This document shows, one piece after another, positions 47,936 to 58,527 of a stretch of DNA of 64,000 nucleotides. Source of the stretch: Fistulifera solaris. Lineage: Eukaryota. The DNA lies in the NCBI GenBank assembly GCA_030295235.1, contig AP026150.1, positions 248,001 to 312,000 on the forward strand, written 5' to 3'. The notes under the pieces were generated by a model that saw only the letters and a program-made list of their open reading frames with translations, had not been told where the DNA came from and did no database searches. Position 1 is the first letter of the stretch. Each line of letters starts with the position of its first letter. The position numbers and the translations under genes were made by a program.

Positions 47936-48234
47936 TGCAAGTACTTGACTCTCATGACTCAGCACTCCCGAATCCCGAACTGGGAGACACGGGAAAGCAC
48001 CTCTGCTTGGTACATTTCTCTACGGGGGCCTACGTGAGTCTAAACTTTTTCCCGCATCTTGCTCGTGAATCCTCTACCCGGTACCGGTACCCGTACCGGT
48101 AGCGTTTTTTGTTTACTCCGTAGTAACAAAGCAAGGCACTATGTCTATAGATGAATTAAAACGTCAAAATGATTCAATACTTTTTTCGTTATACCATTTG
48201 ACGTTAGAATGCGTCGCCATAGACAATTTAGTTC

Positions 48235-51225
48235 TTACCAGTCGTCCCCGAAATCGTCGCCTTCCGTTTCGTCTTTCCCGGGTTCTCCAGCTGGTTCCTC
48301 TGCTTCTTGGGCTGCCAAAGAGCTTCTTCAGCCGCGGCTGCCTCTTGGGCTGCTAACATGGCCGCTTCGGCGGCTGCCGCCTCCTCTGCAGCTAGGATTG
48401 CCGCTTCGGCTGCTGCAGCTTCCTCGGCTGCTAATCGAGCCGCCTCGGCTGCTAATCGAGCCGCCTCGGCTGCTGCGGCGGCGGCTTCTTCGCCAGAATC
48501 GTCCTCTTCATGAACGGGTTCGTCCGCCATTTTCATTTCTTCACCTGGAGTGTCTAGACCTCCGCCACCTTGTGAATTCTTAATCAATTCGATGAGATTC
48601 AAGGTCAAGTCATCTTTGGCAGTGGCGTAATCCATTGCGGAGATCCCTGTAGCCTTAGTCTGTTCTCTTTGTGACAAAAACATCTTTTCGACTTGAAGAG
48701 CGATTTGTAGATCAGGGAAGAGTTCCGGGTTTTGCACGGGCGACGCCAAAGCGTTTGCTGCTGATTCCGAAACTGTGGCAAGATCTTGTTTCCAGAGTTC
48801 TACGACTTCTGCCACGCGCGATGGCAAGTAGGTGCGAACAAAGAAGGCTGCTTCGGGCAAACGTTTCGTCTTGATCAACAGGTCGGCACACGCTTCAACC
48901 TGACCAGTTAGCAAGTAAGCAACGAATGCGACGTTCGTTTTCTCGCCTTCGGCTGCCAATTTCGCTAGCTTTTCCATTCCTTGCAAGTTGCCAGTGGCAC
49001 TGTAGAACAGAAGAAGACCAGAGTAATCTGCACTTGCCAAACCAGCAGCTTCGCATAGCTCCAAATTGGTGTCTCTCAAAGCCGCGTCGCTCAAACGCTT
49101 CCACTTTGTTTGTGTGTCAGTCGTATCCTTTTCTTCGGCGGGTATTTCTTGGAGAATAGAGTGAGCCAAATCAACCTGCCCAAGTTCCAAACTCAAGTCA
49201 AACTTGTGATCTGGATCTTGAGTCACTTGCAATGCTTCTTCCTTAAATCCTTGTGACTCGAGGAAGCGCGCCACTTTCGTGTACTCTTCTACGGGAATGT
49301 CGTTGAGCAATTCATTCGCAGTGTCAAAGTCGCCTCGCATGACAGCCGTCTGATACTGAAGCACCGCCAGCGTAACTTGATACGACACAATATTGAGACT
49401 TTTGTCCACCAAGAAAATCTTATCTTCCTTCGCAAGATATCCTAAAATCGTATGCTGAGTTGTTCCCCCAGCTGAAGTAGCCAGATGCACAAGCGTTTCG
49501 ATTTGTCCTCCAACACTGTAGTTGAGTCGTCCGACATTGTTGACATATATGAAGCAGTCGCCAACCCATTTTCCGGAAGTAATCGTATCGTTGATTTCGT
49601 ACAACAAATCGAAACTTCCGTCAATGCCGTCTTCGGCGGAAACACGTCCACTCGCCAACGCTTCGGCGGTCACTTGGGTGTTGTGAGACAACACAAAGGC
49701 GGCTCCGTCACACGCCAGTAGCACCATGTTGCCGCTGTCACTCCAATAAACGTCCTTGACATTTGCATCAATCTTACGAACAAAGACACCGGTCTCCCAA
49801 TCGTAAAACAGAACAGCTTCATCGCCGCCTTTGACTCCGATCATTTGCCCCCAAACAGACCATCGGCGGCCGTTGTGGCAGGAATAATGGTATGTGATTC
49901 CTTAAAGTTGGAAAACACCTTCACGCGATTCACTGTTTCTCGAATAGCGTAGTCACCTGTTCCACTACCCGACCACACAAAGTCGAGTGCTTGTCCAAAG
50001 GCTTTGTTACGGAGCGCTTGTGCCGTGTAGATAATGAATTCTCCATCACCACAGACACTAATGAATCGGCCGTTGCAATTGTGTTTGAGTTTCTGTGGAA
50101 ACAATTCACATGCCCCCATATCACGCGGCGTGACGTTGAGACGGACACCGTCCTCTCCGGCTAAACCACGGACGCTCGTGGTTTTGATTTCGTTGTTGGT
50201 AGCCCACACGACTTTACCGGTACTATCCATACTGGCCACCGGATTGTCGCTGCCGAGTTCGATGCAAACACATCCTTCATCAAAGCCAATGGCGAGTTTG
50301 TTGCTTCCGGGAGATGCCGCCAACGTCCACGCCCGTTCCATTCCATAATTTAACGTCGCCTCGGCACGGTACGTCGTACTTTGCCAAATACGGACGGTCC
50401 CATCTTCCGAGGCACTGGCAATAATGGGTAATTTGGGATGAAACAGCACGGCACATACGTTGTGCGAATGTCCTTCGAGCGTATGCACGATCGATTTGGT
50501 CTGATAATCCCAAATCTTGACCGTTCGGTCATCGGCTCCACTCAAAATGTAGGGTTTATCACCCGAGGGATAATAATCGACACAATTGACTCCCTTCTCG
50601 TGTCCTTCTAATGTGTAATGCGGCGTATGACTGCCGAGTCCCCACACTTTGATGGTTCGATCCAAACTTGCGGAAGCGAAGGTGTTCGTATCTTTCGGAT
50701 TGATCTTGATTTGCATCACATAATGCGAATGGCCTTCAAAGAGTTGCGTGCAATCAAAGCCCCTATCCCAGTCCCAGAGTTTGATCGTCATATCATCGGA
50801 ACTACTGAGCAAATAGGGCAAACTGGGATGCACTTCGAGATACCGGATGTAATCCGCGTGACCCTCAAATTCCTTGACCTTCTCCATGGTATTATAGTTA
50901 AAAACGCGGAGACGCATATCGTCCGAGGCGGCGACGAACCACTGTTTGCGCGCAATGAAACGAGCACAACGGACGGGCAATTCGGACATTTCAAAGGATT
51001 TGACCAAACTTCCCGCTTCGACGTCCCAAATCATGACATTTCCCGAATACAAAGCCGCCAGGACCCATGGTTCGGAGGGATGCAAGTCTACGGACTTGAC
51101 TCGTTCCGATGCGGCGGAAAGTTTCTTGCGAATGTCCAGTCGGAGAGGCTGTGTGTTTGTGGAGTGTTGTCAGTGTGTTGAATTGAATGCTTATACTCTA
51201 CACGCGTCTCGTTCCTACGTACCAT
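48235..51225 (-). CDS. COPB2: Coatomer subunit beta' (Sec27)
   Basis: [26 protein letters not shown]40 repeats, [51 protein letters not shown]-only first coding exon with intron 51222-51149; indels at ~49850 and ~48320. Confidence 0.96.
48330..48480 (-). repeat. Ala/Glu coding repeats (EAARLAA / EEAAAAEAA) in the beta'-COP tail
   Basis: Near-exact 21-nt tandem cctcggctgctaatcgagccg and longer 36-nt-period units. Confidence 0.8.
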
Positions 51226-51884
51226 TTTGTGTATCTCAACAATTGAAAAAGACAATTAGTTGAAGAAAAGGCAAGGAAAAGGCTTTTGCAATCGTCGCTC
51301 TTTTTATCATGCTCAATGAACGCATCTTAGCCATGGTCGACGGTCGGAGCGTCCGCGTTGAAAATGACTTTGAGAGTGGGTTGGATCTCCCGCTTTTTAG
51401 TGTATACACAGATCTCGTTTTTTACACAAAAGCATCATCGTAACGGTACTAATTTCCGATTCGCGATACAAACAAGGGCAGAAGACAAAGCATCCTTCAC
51501 TACAGCGGCGCTCATTCTTCTGGTTTGTCCTACCGTATAAATGTATTACGAAGTATTCCATTGGCGCTGCTATTGCCGCTCTTGGCGTTGTTGTTCAAGT
51601 TGATGACACTACCTCGCTCTAGCCTCTGACTGTCCTCTCCCGGTTTTACTATACGATAAAGTGTATCAGTAACATAATAATGCGACGCAACTGGGAAGCA
51701 GTCCCGGGACTCGTCGTTAGCAATTGAATAATTACTCCGTACCGAAAGTCTATTGCTATTTTGCGATACCGTACCGCTAAGACACTCTTGTTGCTTTCAT
51801 TATTGCGGACGAACAGCTTCCTGTTCCTTTTGATTTGTATTTTGTCGTCCTTTCGTTGCATATTTTCATTCATTCGCTCAAAAC

Positions 51885-52812
51885 ATGACATCCAAAATGG
51901 ATTTTGAAATGACAGACAAGCCCATTTCGGTTCATCCCGTGAGTCTCAACCTTTCGTTCCGCGGAAAACGAATGCTTAAGTACCCTGGAGTTTTCTCCCT
52001 CACTCACACTTTTTCGTCATCTTTCCAGCTCGCCGTTGTCAACATGACCGATCAATACACTCGTGTTCGTTGCGGAAGTAGTGCTTTACCGTCCGACGCC
52101 CCCGTCATGGGTCTCTTGCTGGGTGCCGATGGCATTATTTACGATTCCCACGAATTGTCGCAAACCGACACGGTAGCCCCGCAAGTCGCATTGCATCAAG
52201 CCGTCTTTCCGCAACACCAAGTCGTCGGGTGGTATCGTGTCGCGTCCGAACCTGGGCCAGAAGATTATCATTTGACACAACAATTGCAATCCTTGTATGC
52301 TCCCCCAACAGTCATTTGTCTTGGCGTTACTGACCGTGGAGGACGAGGAATCATCGAAAGAATTGCCGTTATCGTTTTTTCAACTCGGTGATTGCGCGTT
52401 GTTGGCGTTAGAAAAATGGGAATTGTCAACCAATCCCGCAGAGCGAATCGCTTTGGAACATTCGGTGCGTTCCAGTGAAGATCAGCGGTCGTCTCTTCAA
52501 GATTTACAACACGCGTACGCCATGATACAAGAACGTTTGATGATTCTGGAACAGTATTTGCTACAAGAAGGTCCGCAAGATCCCGAGATTCTGCGTCAAA
52601 TACAATCCTTATTCCTGTCGGCGCCCGTAGCGGCGGGTGGCACTGCCAAAAGTAGCTCGACGACGATGATGGCCCAATTGGCGACTTGGACGCGCATGAC
52701 GGATGCAATTTTGAGTTACACGGGCAAAATCAGAGCATTGCAAGATGCAGCAACCAGTAATCTGCCGCGAGGAGGGGATTCTCATCGATTCGGTCTCATG
52801 AGTCAATATTAG
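51885..52812 (+). CDS. CSN6: COP9 signalosome subunit 6-like MPN-domain protein; 2 exons
   Basis: ISVHP|LAVVNMTDQYTR..VMGLLLG, QAVFPQHQVVGWY, ELPL, TNPAERIALEH, EILRQIQSL; intron 51939-52028; indel at ~52305. Confidence 0.75.
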
Positions 52813-53059
52813 GAATAGTCATTCGAGTTCTTATCATTCTATCATTTGTTTGATACTTATTCTATAAATCTATAGTTCCTTTGTTCGATCAACATGCCGA
52901 AAAAACATTCATGACAAAAAAATGGGTGTATTGTGTGTTTAAATGAAGAAGCGCAACCCATGCAGCAGCCCACGTTCTTGCGAAGCGCCCCTTGAAAAGT
53001 CATGGACGTCAAGGTTTGTTACCCATTACATGTCATTCGCTAAAGAAGATTCGTCTTTG

Positions 53060-54863
53060 TTACATGCCATCCGATGGAGACGTTCCAATCACCTGCATTT
53101 CATCCATAGGTCCTACGGGTGCGATGGGCTCTAACAAAAGATCGTCGGCGATATCCATCATGAACGATGTGCTGCCGTGATCATCATCATCGTAACGAAA
53201 CGGCGACGTGTGGTCTTCTTCATGACTGATTTGGGCCGGATCATCCTTACCATTTTTGTGTACGAAAAGTACAAATTTCCGGGTTGTTTCAAATCATTCC
53301 GTATCGGTGATATGTCAAACGCGGCTTCATCTCGTTCCCGCAACACCACTTCGAAACCAAACGAATCCTCCATGACTTCGGTTTCATGAAACGCAACATC
53401 ATCGGGCGATCGCGCCGTTAGTATGGTTTCTTCACGTTTCGGAATCCGATCGGAATGGGGTGACATGGGTGGAGTAAAGTCTCCGAGCGAAGCCGGATGA
53501 CTGCCACTCAAGGGAGACACGCTCCCTTCCAAACGTTGGCGTACGTACAGTTGGGGCTGACTCGAATTACGTGGATAATAGGGCGGCGGCGGGTGATGCT
53601 GGTAAGGATACGGGGGATGTATCGGCCGACGGTCGTATTCGGGCAAGGCGGCTGGGGAGGATCGAACGGTACCGGCCGATCGCACGCTTCCCGCTGGTGA
53701 TGACGGAGGATGACGCCAGTATTGGCTGTCGTAAGAAGGTGGTGAAAAAGGTGCTCGATTCGGATGAGGCGGAGGAGGATACGCACGGGGATAAGGCGGA
53801 GCACCGGGGTACCAGGGTGGACGATGAGAGTCATAATTCTCGTAACCCGCATCATAGGGACGATAGTGATTGCCGCACATGGGATAATCCGAAACACAAT
53901 CCAAAAAATCCTCGAGGACCGCTGAATTCTACTTGAAGAGGAGGGAACTGATGCGGATAAGGGCCACCACGGTACATATTGTGAGCATAACGTCCTTCTC
54001 GTGGTGATGTTGGATTGGAATGAGATTGTCGCGGAGGAGGATGGAGTTCCGAGGAAGAGTCGGAGGTATCCATTCGCTTTATTGCTCGTTTCATAACAGA
54101 TTTTTCTTTCATAGTTGTCGAAGAAGCAACATCCGGACTCGACATGGTTCTACGAATACCTTTCTTCACGTTGGGTTTGGCCTGCGAAGCAAATAAGTGT
54201 CAGTCGTTACCGAAAAAAAGCTGCACCAGTACACTTGAGACACAATTTGAAACGCACCTTAACGACCTTTTCTTTTTCTTTGGAAGCTGCCGGACTCGCC
54301 GCTTTGTTCCGAGTCGCCGCCTCCATATCAAAGACGGCACTGAGAAACTCGGGATCCCCCAAATCGGCCGACAATTGTTTCCGTAATGTCGCCGCTCCAT
54401 CCCGTAACGCTTGACTCGTTTTTTCAATCGCTTTCCGATTCCCAATGTCATTCCATAGACCTGTATCCATATTCTTTTCCAAAAAGCGGCCCGGTGGATT
54501 CATCGAGCGAACTGCATCAACAATTGAACGAGAAATGGCCATCTTTTGTCGTTTGGTGCTCGTTACGTAGAGTTCCTGGAGAAGAAAGAGAGAAACATAC
54601 AGAGCAAAGTATTTGAGTAAAGATATTTTTTATTTTGATTTCTGTTTCGTTGGCTGCAGGCTATTGCTACAAGCCTTGATGAAAAACAATATAGAAAGGT
54701 CGCAATAGCCTACCTTATTCAAACCTACGAGACTCCGAAATTGTTCATTGCCGGCCCATTTATTCGTCGTGACGCCTCTCCCGCACAACACATCGTGTGC
54801 TGTCAATTCTTCAATATCCGTCAAGGGAAGAGGGTGGTCTAAAGATGATACCGACGACTCCAT
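53060..54863 (-). CDS. DUF6824-domain protein (diatom-expanded putative DNA-binding family) with Pro/Tyr/His-rich tail; 3 exons
   Basis: DVLCGRG..GNEQFRSLV..Y..K..ISRSIVDAVR..PGRFLEK..W..IGNRKAIEKTSQALRD; introns 54713-54576 and 54257-54182; indels at ~53905 and ~53255. Confidence 0.8.
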
Positions 54864-55404
54864 GTTCAATAATGAAATTTTGCTTATCGCAATGAACATC
54901 ATCGTCGTGGTTCTCGTTGGCGGACGACGAGGTGTGCAATACTACACCGCATGGAGGTGCGCTTCGTATCCGTAGGCGCCGGCCGTGCTCGACAATTTTG
55001 CCCGATAGTGCGCGTGGCCGAACAACGTCACATAGTGGAATTCAAAGGCTATTTAAGATTGCACTATAGCGTTTCTTTGTAGCAAGGAAGCCAGTCACTT
55101 CCGCGAACTTGGAGCTCAGAGTACTATGGTGAATTTTTCGCCGTCTAAGTAACTTGAGACAGCCACCGAGCGGCCGGCGGCGGAATAACGAGGACCGCAT
55201 GGATGTTTGTGGATTATATTGCCCACCAGGATGCAACATGCAAAAGGAACGATCTCTATTATTTGCCACCAAGAATAGCAATTCACTTGGAAGTGCGTCT
55301 TTTCCTTGTCTCTGTAGCTAAATAGCAACGACTTTTGTCCTTTTTGACTTTGAACCGCTGGTTTCTTTCGATATTCTTTCCACTTTTTGCACACATGTAT
55401 CACC

Positions 55405-56283
55405 ATGGACATGCTTCAGCGAGTTCAATTCGAACTCGAATCATTCTATCTTAACAATCCGCACATTCCTGAATCGCACGGATTTTGTCATGCCATGGCG
55501 GTGTTTCAACATGCGGCACGCGCGGTCAAGGTGTGTTCGCCTCCAATTTCCTGTACTTCCGCCATTCAAGTTCAAATCGCCGCATTGCTGCATGATGTTG
55601 ACGACGAAAAATATTTTCCCAACAACCGATTCCTCCACACAAAAACTCTTTTGCAAAAGGCGCAAGTTCCCCCAGAATACTGGGATCGTATCCTTTCATG
55701 ATCCAACAAGTCAGTTGCTCGAAAAATGGGAATCGGATTCCCGACTCGATCCGAGAAGATTATTATTACTTAATTCCTCGTTGGGCGGACCGCATCGAGG
55801 CAGTCGGACTGCAAGGTGTTTGGCGGTGTTTTCAATACACGCGAGAGCAACAGCGCACCTTGTGGAGTTCGCACACACCGCGACCCCAGACGCCTGAGGA
55901 AGTTTGGGCTTTGGCTACACGTGAACGATTTCAAGCCTATCAAGATCGGGGTGGGACCAGTGAGGATATGATATCGCATTATTACGACAAATTGCTGGTA
56001 CGTATTTTCGGTCCACACGCACAAATTCACGTTGAATTTCATACTCACGTGTCACGTTGGACAGCATATCGCGCGACCTCCCGCGGACCTGATCCGCAAC
56101 AGCTACTTGGAGAATCAATTCCGTGATGCGTCCCAGATCTTGGTCGACATTTGTCTACTGTTTGGAAAAGAAGGCAAAATTGATGAAAGCTCCTTGCTCG
56201 AACGAATGCCGCGTTCGAGAGAATGGCGAGCCCACGACGGAGGATACGGACCTGGAATGAGACAGGAACGACCAACAGTGTAA
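55405..56283 (+). CDS. HD-domain metal-dependent phosphohydrolase; 2 exons
   Basis: SHGFCHAMAV, ALLHDVDDEKYF, PRWADRIEAVG, HYYDKLL|HI; intron 55998-56064; indel at ~55696. Confidence 0.8.
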
Positions 56284-56519
56284 CCGTATTCATTCGAATA
56301 CTGTGTTTGGAGACAAATAGAGAGGTGACAATCTTTCTGTCTCCAATGATCATCACATATGGACCGAAATTTTCTTTCTTAGATTTGTGTGAGTCGTCAC
56401 TAGACCTCGATCGGGGTCGGAGAGGATTTAACATGAAACAATAAGAGGAACAAATGAATGGTATAACTAGCTTATGTTTATCTGAATTGATCTTGTTTCC
56501 ATTATGGAGTATGGTATCT

Positions 56520-57486
56520 TTATTCACCGGACTTTATGTCGCTGGTTGTCGATAATTTGTTCTCGGTAGAAGAGTCCTTTTCGGGTGATGATGATTCAGA
56601 CGATGGCTCATTGATTTCGGGTGGTTTCAGTGAATCCAGTGATTTATACGGCGTTACGGTAGATGACGTGTCTTTCAATTGATACGTGGCTGGATTATCC
56701 GCCGAAAAGCTGACAAATTCCAACGAACCAAGTTGACTGAAAATTGCAATACCCAACGATAAAGCGGATATTCCGGTGAAAATCTAGGTAGAAAGTGTTA
56801 GGATCAGTGAAAGGTCGATAAGCGGCATAAAAGAGGATGAAGATAGTTACCTTGTCTCTATTTTGAGATTCGATCATCATGGCCTTGGTTTCATTCATGG
56901 CTCTTCTCGTAGCGTCCAAATTTTCAAAGACTTCATCACTTCGAATTTTGAAAAATGCACCACCGCCGAATGCCATCACTGGAACCGCAAATAGTGCATT
57001 TTCCCAGCCACCGGAGGATGACAAGAATTGACTGGCGGCAACTACGGCAAAGGAAGCAATCGCCAAGCCCGTGTAGACCTGTTGGCAATCGGAGATGAAT
57101 GTGGGTTTATAAGAGAAGATGTTGAGGGTCTACGTGTTCGACTCTAACCGAGTTCATTATCGTACCTTGAAATTGTTGGATGATTGTGCCATGATTGTTT
57201 GCGTCTCATTCATCGCCATTTGCGTAAATTCTAAATTTTCAACGAATTCCTTCCGTCGTTGGTTTACCACAGCACTACCAGCAAAAGCGGACAAGGGAGT
57301 CAGTAAAAGAACCGTTTCTTTGATTCCTGGCGATGTCAGAGACAATACAGAAGTATCGAGTGTGGGAAAGAAGTCTCCGATGGACGCCGACAAACGAGTT
57401 CGTTTCGACGATGACGTTGAAGGAACGAAAAAAGCACCCGCTGGTGCAACTAATAGCCCTAGGAAGAAGATTGCAGCTCGTCTCAT
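56520..57486 (-). CDS. Plastid-targeted membrane protein with two internal repeats; 3 exons
   Basis: MRRAAIFFLGLLVAPAGAFFVP presequence; phase-0 introns 57165-57079 and 56850-56784 splice in frame. Confidence 0.7.
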
Positions 57487-58527
57487 TGCTTCATAAATAC
57501 GTATGAAGGGTGCGATTGGTGAGTTATTGTTTGTTTGAAATGAAAACGTCAAAAACCATTTATTGTGGCACCCATCATCGCCATATATTTCTCTTCAAAA
57601 TGGTTTCGATGGTCTATCGCCAATTAGTACCGGTACGTCATTGAAATGCTTTTCGACGACCGGGACTGAAAATCTGCCGAGTCCAAAACGAGTCGCTCAC
57701 ACTTTTTTGATCAGGTACAAGTAGTGATTTACTGTTGTTTTCTTTAAATTAATGACCAAGAACTTAAATTAAATTCCTAATTTCCTAACGTCAGAATTTA
57801 ATCTTGACATTCGACTGAATTTTCCATTTTTCGTTTCACTTTTCACAAATATTCCAATCTGGCACTTCGCTGAGTAGGCTTTGCTTCGAGCTCTAGTGCT
57901 AGTAGAGGGCCAGTCCAGAGCCCGTTTCCCAATGAGGGGTAGACCGTCTTGGCATTCCTTCTCTTGGATTCTGCAGAAGCATACTAACTGACCGGACCAG
58001 GGAAAGACTCATGCGCGCTCTAATGAAACCACAAATCTCTGAGTTTCTTCCAACCTTCTCGACAAGCTATATTAAAAACAAACAAAGATAAGGTATCGGT
58101 ACCGGTACCAGGTAGACTAAGCAGCAGTCTGGTTCGGAGTACATTTTTATACGTCCTTAGTTCGGAGGAATAGGCACGAAAGAATTGTTCCCTTTGGAAA
58201 AGTTTTGATGAAGATTCGGGATGGTTGCCCAGACGGAATTTCAACCTATTCCACACTTCATTAAGTATAGCAATAATTGTTCTTGGGTGTCAAGCGTCTC
58301 ACATACAATAAAGTACAAAGTACCTGGTAAAGAATACTTGGAACGTCCTTCAATAAATCCGAATCCCAACCGCGTCTCGCACCGCGTTCACAAAAACATT
58401 ACTCCTCCGTATTTTATAGCAGCAGAACAGCAGAACACAACAGCAGCGGCGAACTAAGTTGCGATTTGACCTCAACCAGGAACCACAATAAATCATAATC
58501 CTTCCAATTTCAAGAAAAGCTACGACA

